A stretch of 64,000 nucleotides of DNA from Octopus sinensis (lineage: Eukaryota), in the NCBI RefSeq assembly GCF_006345805.1, contig NC_042997.1, forward strand, positions 62,682,001 to 62,746,000, read 5' to 3'. Both the position numbers and the translations under genes were made by a program. Position 1 is the stretch's first letter. Each line of letters starts with the position of its first letter. Under the pieces are notes generated by a model. That model searched no databases. It worked only from the letters and a program-made list of their open reading frames with translations, and was not told the origin of the DNA. Below are positions 11,919 to 23,872 of the stretch, piece by piece.

Positions 11919-14389
11919 TTAAAACAAACGATGTGTGGGTGTGTACTTGTGCACATAGTTTAATTGACATAGTGTTTTGCTGATATTTATGTATTCTATT
12001 GGCTCTGGGAAAATTTAATACAATTGCCCTAACTGAACAGTTAGGTACATAAGTGTCTAAAATAATCAATCTAGTTGCTGATTGGTCATCCAATCCTCTT
12101 TTTATATCCTGTTCAGCATTATGATTGATACTGTTGCATCATTGGATTATTTTGTGTGCCACATTCCTAACAATAACATCTGGTGTGAATCTAGTGACTG
12201 TGTAGTCAGGAGTTCAGATCTCACTGCTTGTCATTGTGGTATACTGTTAAACAGGGCACCTGATTCTTGTTTCAGTTTGCATCTTAGGTTCTATTGTATA
12301 GTTCAGTGTTTCTTATTCAGATATAAAAACACTTGCTTCAATAATAAACTTTCCCACCCTTGCAAGCATAGAAAAATGCACAGAAATGTGTGCCTGCATT
12401 ATATATGTTGTAAGTTTAAGGGTATTAGTGATGAGATATGTATCTGAATATGAAACTGAGCTACTGAATCACATGTTGTGAATCCAGATCCAGTAGTAGT
12501 ATTTTTGTTGTTTGTTTCTAAAATGAACACTTTCTGCTAGGTGTCTCACTTCCACTTAGCTGCCAGGCTTAAGTCTCAGAATATTTTGAAAAATAATTTG
12601 TGATAAACTTGTATCATATCCAAGAGAGATTTTCTCTTCTACTTCACACTGAGGAAAACGGTATCGTTTCCTATAGAGTTTCTAGGTTATGGGCAGTGGT
12701 GATTATTTGTGTGTATGTTTTTGTACATATTCTCTTGCCTGAAAATATGAAAAATATTCATATATTTGATAAGGTTTTGTATTGTCAGTTTTAATATTAA
12801 TTTATCTTACATTGATTGTTTGAAACAACTTCTTTTATTGTTATTGCATTTATTTATCCATTTTCTGTCAACTATTATTATCCTTTAACTTAGAATTTCT
12901 CTTCAGCTTCATTAAATACAGATGTGCTATTAACTGTTTTACCTTTCTGGTTGCATATATTTTCTTTTGTAATTCTTACAATGTATTCTGTGTTATTTAT
13001 TTGTATGTATGTATGTACGTGTGTGTGTGTGTGTTTGTGTGTGTTGCTAGCACCTTTTCCTGTACTGGCACTGCACAGCTCAGTAAATTTAATCCTTAAA
13101 CTAGTTTGTGTAATTAAACTGAAACCTTCTCCTTGCCCATTTGTGATCAACAAATCCTGCTAACAACTAATATTTAACTGAGTATCTTTAATCTGTGTGA
13201 AGTGCTTCAGTTTTAATTTCCTTTTCTGCTATGATTTTATAATCTTTCTTTGCTTTCATAATGTTGAAATTAAGCTTTGTATTAATTTTACATTTTTGTA
13301 AGTCATCCAGTCTTTGAGCAACATTGAAGCTGGAGCTGTTATTAAAAGAACATATGTATATTGCAAGTTGTTCACATACAGTTAAATCTACAAAACATTC
13401 CGGTTGTCATCATGATTTCGGCACCTGATTCCAACAGTATTAGTCCATCTGACAGTGATTGCCAGTATGAGGCTACCTGGGAATGTCCTGGCATTCGAAA
13501 AGCAAAGCTGTTTTAAGGGAGCTCTTTCTCTCTGTATATATTATTTTCTGCAAGACTGAAGTGTAAAATTGTGAAATATGAATGCAACATTTTTTGTATC
13601 TCTTTACTTTTCATGATCTGGGCTTTAGTAACAGAGTGGTGCTATAGCTACTGGTCCTTATTTTTCTTGGTTTCTTGCTTTTATACACACACACATATAT
13701 GTATAAGTATATATTTACATATGTAGTTATGGTATATTCTGTTAAGAATGTAGTAGAATACATAAAGCTCATCCACCCTCAGATTTACCCTGTGCTATCC
13801 AGTATTGTACGTACTTCCAGGTTTGCATTTGGGCATCTGTCATGTGTGAATAGATAATAGAAAAATTAGGAGTCAACAACAAGAACAGTTGGACTTATAT
13901 TTTTTAATCACTAAAATTGATTCCACACATCCTAGTTCTTCAGGTGTGCAGGTACTTGATTATGCAATCACTTACCTGCATTATAAGTCCTAGTTGTGTT
14001 TCCTCAGGTAATATGTAAATATTGTCTCCGTCAGTTCAAACTCTCAGCTTCAAGAACATTGGCTTGAATTTAATAGTAGTCACTGGGATTATTAGGGTAT
14101 GTTGTTGCTGGAGGACCATTGACAAACTGTTTTGAATGTGTAGATCTAGTGGAATGCTGATTCTGCTATTGTTAAAGTGGTTGCTGTTTTAAAGGGATTA
14201 GCATTTGATTTTTTTCTACTGTTGACTGGTTCTTCAAGGTTGGTTACACATGTGAGTGTCCTTTGCTGACTTTTAAGATTCACCCAACTCCTACACATAC
14301 ATGTTGGTTCACATATACATCTATATGCGTACTAGTGCTTGGACACATACGCACACACATCTAATATATCTCTCTGCATGTGTATGTAT

Positions 14390-14423
<34 letters not shown>

Positions 14424-14458
14424 GTATATGCATGTATATGTATATATATGTGTATATA

Positions 14459-14697
14459 TCATCATCATCGTTTAGCGTCCGCTTTCCATGCTGGCAAGGG
14501 TTGGATGGTGCAACTGGGGTCTGGGAAGCCATAAGGCTGCACCAGGCCCAGTCTGATCTGGCAATGTTTCTACAGCTGGATGCCCTTCCTAACGCCAACC
14601 ACTCCATGAGTGTAGTGGGTGCTTTTTATGTGCCACCGCCACAGGTGCCAGACGAGGCTGGCAAACGGCCACGAGCGGATGGTGCTTTTTACATGCC
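14459..14697 (-). mobile_element. RTE-3'-tail-related repeat with (CAT)n tail on + strand
   Basis: catcatcatcgtttagcgtccgctttccatgc...ggatgcccttcctaacgccaacc is the reverse complement of the tail at about 21390-21560. Confidence 0.8.
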
Positions 14698-14822
14698 TTG
14701 TTTATATATATATATATATATGTTTGTGTATGTATATATGTATGTGTATGCATATATATGTATCTATATATAGGTATGTGTATGTATATAAAAGATATAT
14801 ATATGTATATCGTTGTATGTAA

Positions 14823-15160
14823 GTGAAGGCGCATGGCTCAGTGGTTAGAGTGTTGAGCTTACGATTGTAAGTTTGTGAGTTTGAATCCCAGACTGGGCTG
14901 CGCGTTGCATTCTTGAGCTAGACACTTTATTTCACGTTGCTCCAGTTCACTCAGCTGTGCAAATGAGTTGCAACGTCATAAGTGCCAAACTGTATCGGCC
15001 ATTGCCTTTCACTTAGATAACACTGGCGGCGTGGAGAGGGGAGGCCAGTATGCATGGGCGACTGCTGGTCTTCCATAAACAAACTTGGCTGGACTTCTGC
15101 CTGTGAGAGGAACTTCCTAGGTGCAATCCCATGGTCAGTCATGACTGTAGGGGGTCTCTG
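14823..15160 (+). mobile_element. tRNA-derived SINE with a conserved central domain
   Basis: A-box TGGCTCAGTGG and B-box GTTTGAATCC, followed by a cttgagc..gacacttta...tcagctg...aaatgagt core typical of V/Meta/CORE-type SINEs; no tRNA acceptor stem. Confidence 0.7.
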
Positions 15161-15164
15161 CACA

Positions 15165-15751
15165 TATGTATAGGCTTATAGATATACATATGTATATGCA
15201 TATAGATATACGTATGTATATGCATATAGATGTATGTGTGTGTGTATATATATATACACACACACACACACGTATATATCTGTATGAATATATATATGTA
15301 CATATACAGATGTATATGAGTATATATATACACACATATACATATACAAACATGTATATATATATATATATATATACATATGTACATGCATGTATATATA
15401 TATGTATATAAACACACATGTAAATGCATGTATACATATGCATACATATATATACATATATACATGGATGTATACATATGCATACATACATATCATCATC
15501 GTTTAACGTCCGCATATATATATATATACACACACACACATATATATGTATATGCATGTATATGTATATATATGTATGTGTATATATGTATGTGTATATA
15601 TGTATGTGTATATATGTAAATATATGTATGTGTATATATGTATGTATTAAATATGTGTATATGTATGTGTATATATGTAAATATGTGTATGTATATATAT
15701 GTATGTTTATATATATGCATATATAAATATATATGTGTATATATATGCATA
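15165..15751. repeat. Compound (TA)/(TG)/(CA) microsatellite
   Basis: Directly visible low-complexity dinucleotide tract. Confidence 0.95.
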
Positions 15752-16330
15752 TGGATGGAAAAGCATTGACTTTGGTAGAATAATGTGAACACTAAAGGGT
15801 TAATCTTCAGTAAAGAACTGGATCATCCTCGCAGATAGACGATACAAAAAACCCTTTAGCATTTAAACCGGCCATGCCCTTTAGCTACCTCATCAAAATC
15901 TCATAGCTACAAGATAATGCATGATTAGTTCAAAACAAAGTGGATGGAAAAGCATTGATTTTGGTAGAATAATGTGAACACTAAAGGGTTAATCTTCAGT
16001 AAAGAACTGGATCATCCTCGCAGATAGACGATACAAAAAACCCTTTAGCATTTAAACTGGCCATGTCCTTTAGCATTTAAACCTTTAGCATTTAAACCGG
16101 CCATATCCGGCCAAAAGTATTCTGCCTGTTTTATGTTCAAACTGGTCAGATCTGGTCTCTCACACCAACCCTACAATATCGTTTTAAAAATTAACAGCTA
16201 CTTCATCAAAATCTCATAGCTACAAGATAATGCATGATTAGTTCAAAACAAAGTGGATGGAAAAGCATTGATTTTGGTAGAATAATGTGAACACTAAAGG
16301 GTTAATCTTCAGTAAAGAACTGGATCATCC
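15752..16330. repeat. Tandem triplication of piggyBac-type MITE pieces plus flank
   Basis: tggatggaaaagcattga...cactaaagggttaatcttcagtaaagaactggatcatcct starts at 15752, 15941 and 16254. Confidence 0.9.
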
Positions 16331-16530
16331 TTGCAATTTTGGCTGATTAATCTTGAGATTACTCTAATCTGGCCAGCCCCAAGGAAAAACTAAGCTAAGA
16401 GAATTAGATTCCTTGGAAAAGGGTCGAATATATATGAAACAAGGACAGTAAAATGGACGATATTACACGAATATAAATACAAAATTAATACAAACAAAAT
16501 AATAATAATAACAGGACATAACAACAGGCG
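16331..16530 (+). mobile_element. Interspersed repeat fragment (same family as 45345-45520, probable LINE 3' UTR)
   Basis: gcaattttggctgattaatcttgagatt...ggccagccccaaggaaaaactaagctaagag is nearly identical to about 45348-45415. Confidence 0.7.
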
Positions 16531-16552
16531 TCTATATAAGTATGTATGTGTG

Positions 16553-16584
<32 letters not shown>

Positions 16585-16636
16585 CAGGGTATATATATAT
16601 ATACGTGTGTGTAGTATATATATATATAGAATTGTA

Positions 16637-16704
<68 letters not shown>

Positions 16705-17728
16705 TACAATGTTACACTCTTCTCATCAGGGAGACATTCCTGTAGATACTAATTAACACAAAAAGACACCTTTGGGCTTAAAATGTGTCTCAACCAGCAA
16801 GAATAATGTGTCAACCTGTCTCTACACATTCAGATTCTGAATTTTAGCGTCATGCACAACATGTATGAGAAAAGACCCGTAAAATGAGCTATGGTGAGAA
16901 CCAGCATGCAAGTGAAAATTGAATAATAAAAGAGGAATGCAAAATTACATTGCAAAGGATATATCGTAAGCAATTTGAAATTATTTACGAATATATCAGT
17001 GGCAGACCATGCAATAAAAAATGGTTTTTGGTAAATGAAGGGTGTATAATTGTGAATAAATCACAGTTATATAGGAGAGAGTTGTAAAAACCCTTACATG
17101 TCTAGAAATAGACATCCTTCTCAATGTAGTTTTGCATTCGTCTTTTATTATCTAATTTTTTCTCATATCTAGTTCTTCGCCATGGGTTGTTTTACTGCAA
17201 GCGAAAGTTCCACGACACGAAAGAAAGAGAATCAAAGAAATTGTAAACCAAATCCCTTTTTTTACTGTCTTCATATTTCCCTTGTTTTTCCCCTTCTTAA
17301 CTCAGTATGACTGAAACTTTGATAATATTTATTTCTTGTTGATCTCTACTGACACTAATGAACTTTGTACATTTAAACAAGTTGATGCACAGGTTTTATA
17401 TTATTGACTGTTTTGAACATTCATACTTGTCAGCATTGAAACATTATAACATGTTTCTCTAATTCATAATTCTAAATTTGTCTGTTATGAACATCTAAAT
17501 TTGTCCACATTGAAACTATAAAACATGTTTTCTTAATTCATAATTCTAAATTTTTACCATTGATAAACAAAAAATATTGTTGAAAGTGGTTTGGTATATA
17601 TGTAAATTATTTTTTTAAACAATTATGAATTTTTCAAACTTAGGTGCATTTTCAACAACACATTTGGCCTATATGTGTGTATCATCATCATCATCATTTA
17701 ACGTCCGCTTTCCATGCTAGCATGGGTT

Positions 17729-17773
<45 letters not shown>

Positions 17774-17945
17774 GTGCGTGTATATGCGCGTATATATGTT
17801 TATGTATACTTATATATATCTTTATACAAATGTGTTTGTATATATATATATATATAATTATTATTATTTCAAGGAATAAAATCCAAACTTACAAGGAAAA
17901 AGAATTCAATTTAGAAATACTAAATCAAATTCCACACAATATAAT

Positions 17946-18259
17946 ATATATAAAATATTAGAAAAAAACCCACCTTTTATCAATTCAAGATGAATAATTA
18001 AATTACACCATCTAGAAAATTAGATATAATAGAAAAGTTAAAACTAAAATAACAATTAAAAAGTAAAGATTAAGTAAATTACAAGAATAATGTAATGTAT
18101 ATAATAGGTAGAAAAACATTACATTATTCTTGTAATTTACTTAATCTTTACTTTTTAATTGTTATTTTAATTTTAACTTTTCTATTATATGTAATTTTCT
18201 AGATGGTGTAATTTAATTATTCATCTTGAATTGATAAAAGGTGGTTTTTTGTAATATTT

Positions 18260-18267
<8 letters not shown>
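17946..18267. repeat. Long fold-back inverted repeat (about 150 bp arms, 19 nt loop)
   Basis: Left arm ends ...acaagaataatgtaatg (18097); right arm starts cattacattattcttgt (18117); only a few mismatches by eye. Confidence 0.95.
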
Positions 18268-18320
<53 letters not shown>

Positions 18321-19267
18321 GTTTTTATATATATATACATATATTCCTAACGCCAAGCACTCCGAGAGTGTAATGGGTGCTTTTACGTGACTCCTGCATG
18401 GTGCCATTTGCATGACACCAATATCTGCCATGACTGCGATTTTGCTCAGCTTGATGGTCTTCTCAAGCATGACATAATGTCCAACACTCAAAAGGAGCTC
18501 AGCCACTTTGCCTCTGTAAGCCCATTGCTCGAAAGGTGCTCTTTACATGTCACGACTCTCTCTGAAAAAACATTTCTCAACTAATAAAGTCATTAATAAA
18601 CTAATAAACTCCTCATTCTTTCTCTGATTACTGTTATACTCTTTAGGTCATGTACCAACCTATCAGTTGGTGAATAACTTTGGATTTACAGTTTGTACAT
18701 GTTACAAGATATGTCTAACCCACATGGATTACTATACTCTTTCAGTGGTCAGTCTGTTAGTCAGGTTCATCACATGGAGCACTTACTGAGCTACCTGCCT
18801 GAATTTCTTTACTCCCTGATTATCAAGTAAGGTATTTGTATGTGCTTCTAGTTTAAGTTGTTTAGAGATGAATTAGTGAAATTAATGACACAATTGTCTG
18901 GTGTATGACATAGATATGGTTTCACTCAAATATTCATCATCATTTAACATCCATTTCCCAATGCTGGCATGGTTTGAATAATTTGACAGGAGGTGGCCAG
19001 CTGGAGTGCTGCACGAGGGTCCAGTGTCAGCTTTGGCATGGCTTCTATTGCTGGATGCCCTTCTTAATGCTAGCCACTTTACAGAGTGTTTAAAACATGG
19101 TATCAGCACCAGTACTTTATACATGGCACTGGCATGGGTGCTTTTTATGTGGCCCTCGCACAGATCTTTTTTATGTGACATTTGCACTCATATATTCATT
19201 TTTTGTGCCTCTGTTATACTTGGGAACATTAAAACTGTATTGTATTACACACTCACACAAAGCCTTA

Positions 19268-19550
19268 CCTATCATCATCATCGTTTACTGTCCGCTTTCC
19301 ATGCTGGCACGGGTTGGGTGGTTTGACTGAGAACTGGTGAGCAACAGGCTTCACCAGGCTCAATCTGATCTGGCAAAGTTTCTACAGCTGGATGCCCTTC
19401 CTAATGGCAACAAGGTCCAAGAGTGTAGTGGGTGCTTTTATGTGCCACCAGCACGAGGGCCAATCCAGCAGTACTGGCAACGATCAGGCTCGAATGTTGC
19501 TTTTCACATGCCCCCGGCACATGAGCCGGTAAGGCAACGCTGGCAATAAT
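19268..19550 (-). mobile_element. RTE-3'-tail-related repeat
   Basis: atcatcatcatcgtttactgtccgctttccatgctggc...ggatgcccttcctaa; same family as 14459-14697. Confidence 0.75.
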
Positions 19551-19596
19551 GGAGGTGGAAATGGCACAGAAGCATATCTGAAACATTTCAATTTAA

Positions 19597-19881
19597 GAAG
19601 GAATTTAGTAAAATGGTTCAAAAATTATACAAAGAAAATACCACTGGCTTCGATGATGAGCCTCATCCTATCAAACATCAGCAAAACCTCATAAAAATTT
19701 GCAGCAAAAATGGTTTATTCCTTGTCTGGGGGCCAAAAATATGTTTCTGAACCCCCAGACAAGAGATAAACCACTTCAAAGCCCTATAAATCTCCACTGA
19801 TACTTGACAGGATGAAACTCATCTTTGAAACTGTCAACACTCCCTGTATATAATTTTAAAACCGTTTTATTAAACACCTTC
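19597..19881. mobile_element. Palindromic MITE with TTAA TSD and GAAGG termini (Kolobok-like)
   Basis: TTAA GAAGG ... CCTTC TTAA; the two halves are imperfect reverse complements (ggtttattccttgtctggggg / cccccagacaagagataaacc). Confidence 0.7.
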
Positions 19882-20168
19882 TTAACCCATTGACTGCTAA
19901 GCTTTTTATTTATATTTTTTGGTTTTGCCAGGTGTCTTAGGAGTTAAAATATAGATGTTTTCGATCGAGTTTGGATTCTTTGCAATCAAATTTGAATTTT
20001 TCAATTGGTACTCAAGCCTTGAAAAAAAAAAAAAAAAAAAAAAGAGTTAAACTACATCAGCCGTAAGGGAATACATGTCTATCTTATCTAACTTGTCCAG
20101 TAGAGCCCACTGTTACTTGAACTTCGATCTAACCCTGAGCTTGGGACAACAAACTTGAGTTGGATAAA

Positions 20169-20675
20169 CTCAAATAGTAGCTCTTTATAACCGTTTCATG
20201 AAGTCACTTTTTTTGTTAAAATATTGTTTGGAAATGCTCGGTTATCCAAGGCAAAGAACGAGCCAGAGCTTTACCAATTGATATCTGAAAAATTCGATGA
20301 AATAACTCATGAACACTTCGATAGCTTCTACCAAAAGATGCTCCGTTACGTCAACCAGTCTGAACAAGGGGAGATAATAAACGAATGATTCTTTTTCTAT
20401 TGTTTGCGTATGGTGAGCTGCAAAATGCAGGAGGAAAGAGTGAAAGTTGTGGCGAAAGAGTCAGCAGAAGTTCGCCATCACCTTCTGTCGGAACCGTATG
20501 GAGCTTAGGTGTTCCACTCATAAACACACACATCACCCGGTCTGAGATTCTAACCCGCGATCCCTCTTAAAAGAACCAGTCCATTTGCTTTGAGGAGCTG
20601 CAAATTGAACAATATTTTAACAAAAAAAGTGACTTCATAAAACGGTTATAAAGAGCAAAAAGCTTACTATTTGAG
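20169..20675 (+). mobile_element. Non-autonomous IS630/Tc1-like DNA transposon with about 60 bp TIRs and a nested SINE
   Basis: TIR ctcaaatagta..gctctttataaccgtttcatgaagtcactttttttgttaaaatattgtt is mirrored at about 20607-20675. 20230-20388 encodes GNARLSKAKNEPELYQLISEKFDEITHEHFDSFYQKMLRYVNQSEQGEIINE*, resembling a DDE transposase C-terminus. Confidence 0.6.
20425..20594 (-). mobile_element. Short SINE nested in the Tc1-like element
   Basis: Flanked by the 10 bp direct repeat GAGCTGCAAA (20415-20424, 20595-20604); B-box-like GGGTTAGAATC on the minus strand. Confidence 0.6.
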
Positions 20676-20743
20676 CCATGTGGTTGGTAAGCAAGCTACT
20701 TACCACACAGCCACTGCTATGCCTATGTATATGTATGTATACA

Positions 20744-20780
<37 letters not shown>

Positions 20781-20785
<5 letters not shown>

Positions 20786-21560
20786 GCCGCACCCTAGCGT
20801 TTGAGGGAACCTGTGGAAGAGGCAGACCCAGGAAAACCTGGGACGAGGTGGTGAAGCACGACCTTCGAACTTTAGGTCTCACTGAGGAAATGACTAGAGA
20901 CCGAGACCTCTGGAAGTGTGCTGTGCGCGAGAAGACCCGGCAGGACAAGTGAGTCCATAACCCGTGGCCTTCTACATGGGATGGAGCCAGCCTACGTATG
21001 CATACCTTCCCTTCTTGGGACACAAAACTCTACTTGTGAAGACGTGTTGAGGCAAGTGAGGATCAGAATCGAAATCGATCAATGGAAATTGCGGATGTGC
21101 TACCAGTGCCGGTGGCATGTCAAAACTCTGCTTGTGAAGACCCGTTGAGGCAAGTGAGGATCAGAATTGAAATCGATCAATGGAAATCGATCAATGGAAA
21201 TTGCAGATGTGTTACCAGTGCCGGTGGCATGTAAGAGAACTTTCCGTTTCGCGACCGTTGCCAGCACCGCCCCGTTTCGTGTCCGTTGCCAGCCTCGCCT
21301 GGCCCTCGTGCCGGTGGCACATAAAAAGCACCATCTGTTCGTGGCCGTTTGCCAGCTCTGTCTGGCACCAGTGCGGGTGGCACGTAAAAAGCACCCACTA
21401 CACTCACGGAGTGGTTGGCGTTAGGAAGGGCATCCAGCCGTAGAAACACTGCCAGATTTGACTGGGCCTGATGAAGCCTTCTGGCTTCACAGACCCCAGT
21501 AGAACCGTCCAACCCATGCTAGCATGGAAAACGGACGCTAAACGATGATGATGATGATGC
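20781..21560 (+). mobile_element. 5'-truncated RTE LINE 3' end (ORF2 terminus, 3' UTR, (GAT)n tail)
   Basis: Encodes KCRTLAFEGTCGRGRPRKTWDEVVKHDLRTLGLTEEMTRDRDLWKCAVREKTRQDK* (RTE GRP..TW motif); the 3' UTR has internal duplications and ends in gatgatgatg. Confidence 0.9.
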
Positions 21561-21732
21561 ATGTATATACGTTTATATGTATGTATATACGTTTATATAT
21601 GTATGTATATATGTTTATATATGTATATACGTTCATATATATGTATATACGATTACATATATATATATATACATGTGTGTATATACATTTATATATATAT
21701 GTGTATGTATATCTATCTATATATATATATAT

Positions 21733-22910
21733 ATTAGGTCATCAGGTATGAAATTTGTGGTAAGGTATATGGTAAACTTTGACAACTGCTCATTTTGCGC
21801 CAGTATTATATTTTGACAATCTTTATTTTTTCGTTAGAAAGCTGACCAATTTGCGCTTTATAAAGTATTTATAAATCATTGTTTGCTATTTTTGTTTAAA
21901 GATGGATTACTTGGAAATTCGTACAGTTTTGAAATATATGTTCTTTCTTGGAAATACAGCATCACTGACAGCTTGGAATATAAATGGAGTATTTCACTCT
22001 AATATTATTACACAACAGACAGTATCAAATTGGCTTGCAAAATTTTGTTACTTTGATTTCGCAAATGAGAAACGCAGTCGACCAGAAGTAACGGTGGATA
22101 ATGATGAACTGAAACCCACCCTCGAATCAGATCCATGTCAAAGTACCCGTGAATTATCATTGTTGTTTGGTGTTAGCAAACAAACAATATGGACTCACCT
22201 AGTTCAAATCTGTAAAGTGAAAAATTTGGATAAGTGGATTCCACATGAACTCAGAGAAAATCAGCAATGTTTGGGAGCCTGCATAATGCTACTTTCTCTT
22301 CATTAAAAATTAATCATTTTGAATCAAATTGTAACTTGTGATGAGAACTGGATCCAATGCAACAAATCCAAACATTCACCACAATGGTTGGACAAAGATG
22401 AGCCACCTAAACATAGTCCAAAAAGCAAAATTCATTAAAAGAAGCTGATGGTGTGTTGGGTGGTCTGGCATGGGTGTGATCCATTATGATTTCATTAAAC
22501 TTGGCACATCAATCTCAACTGAAGCATACTGCAGCCAACTGGACCAAATGATGCAGAAACTTACAAAAAAACCCAAAAAACAACATCCTGGATTAGTCAA
22601 CAGATCCACCTATTTTATTGCAAGACAGTGCCAGACATTGCAAAAATGACATTGGCGAAACTACAGGAGTTGGAGTTAGAAGTTCTCCACCATCCACCAT
22701 ACTCATCTGATCTTTGCCCCACTGACTACTACATCTTTTAAAATTTGGATAAATGTTTGATAGGAAAAAAAATTCCAACGATGCTTTCAAGCAGAACTTC
22801 CAAGATTATACTGACTCCAGATTGCCAAGCTTTTACAGTTCTAAGCTGGACAGGATACCAATGAAATGGCAAAAGTGTATTGACATTATGGGTGCATACA
22901 TTGATGAGAA
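21733..22910 (+). mobile_element. Mariner transposon relic (DD34D), frameshifted
   Basis: TA-ttaggtc 5' end; ORF from 21902 MDYLEIRTVLKY with an HTH region, then TCDENW, QDSARH, HPPYSSDL/PTDY and WQKCIDIMGAYID motifs across frames; no 3' TIR seen. Confidence 0.9.
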
Positions 22911-22929
22911 AAACTATTCGTTGTATTTA

Positions 22930-22950
22930 TAAAACATATGTGTGTATATT

Positions 22951-23003
<53 letters not shown>

Positions 23004-23053
23004 GTATGCATATGTATGTATATATATGTTCATATGTGTATGTATATAGATAT

Positions 23054-23085
<32 letters not shown>

Positions 23086-23150
23086 GTACATATATATGCA
23101 TATATGTATATGTGTGTGTGTGTATATATATATATATATGCATATGTATG

Positions 23151-23185
<35 letters not shown>

Positions 23186-23232
23186 ATAGATATGTGTATA
23201 TATGCATATATATGTATATATATTTATAAGGA

Positions 23233-23275
<43 letters not shown>

Positions 23276-23310
23276 TATATACTCACACACATATATGTAT
23301 ACATGTATAC
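22930..23310. repeat. Compound (TA)/(TG) microsatellite
   Basis: Directly visible. Confidence 0.95.
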
Positions 23311-23524
23311 GGTTGGAATTTTTAGAAAAAAAGACAGACAGGTGTATTCATTTAACTCTCAGAAAGGTAAGTAAGGCTTTCACGGTTTGGAGACCAGGAT
23401 CTTCAACACAAAGGAACATGAGGAAATAAACAGGTGTGTGTGTGTATGTATATACGTTTATATGTATGTCTATATACGTTTATATATGTACAAGTATGTG
23501 TTAATGTTTGTGTGTGTGTGTATG

Positions 23525-23760
23525 TATCATCATCATCATTTAGCGTCCGCTTTCCATGCTAGCATGGGTTGGACGGTTCAACTGGGGTCTGGGAAGCCAG
23601 AAAGCTGCACCAGGCCCAGTCTGATTCGGCAATGTTTCTACGGCTGGATGCCCTTCCTAACGCCAACCACTCCGTGAGTGTAGTGGGTGCTTTTTACGTG
23701 CCAGACAGGGCTGGCAAACGGCCACGATCGGATGGTGCTTTTTATGTGCCACCAGCTCTA
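23525..23760 (-). mobile_element. Young RTE-3'-tail-related repeat
   Basis: Highly similar reverse complement of about 21380-21550; CpGs retained. Confidence 0.85.
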
Positions 23761-23764
23761 GCTG

Positions 23765-23836
23765 TATAGAAGTACATATGTACATATAAACGTATATACA
23801 TACATAAATGTATATACATATATACATATATATATA

Positions 23837-23872
<36 letters not shown>

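Noticed and set aside
12082-12447. 121 aa ORF as a nested gene or PRPF40 exon
   Set aside because: No recognisable motif, non-ATG start in the track, and composition unlike the flanking charged exons.
13412-13452. Box C/D snoRNA
   Set aside because: The C box is imperfect (ATGATTT), the C-to-D span is only about 40 nt, and there is no terminal stem.
14823-14900. tRNA gene
   Set aside because: A and B boxes are present but there is no acceptor stem or complete cloverleaf, and it continues into a SINE body.
15752-16330. CRISPR-like repeat-spacer array
   Set aside because: The units are long MITE fragments with duplicated, non-unique interiors, in a eukaryotic intron with no cas genes.
21468-21495. 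CTGATGA-AGCC-ttct-GGCT as a hammerhead ribozyme
   Set aside because: No GAAA follows the stem, and other copies of the repeat have ctggtgca or its complement here, so the match is a chance mutation.
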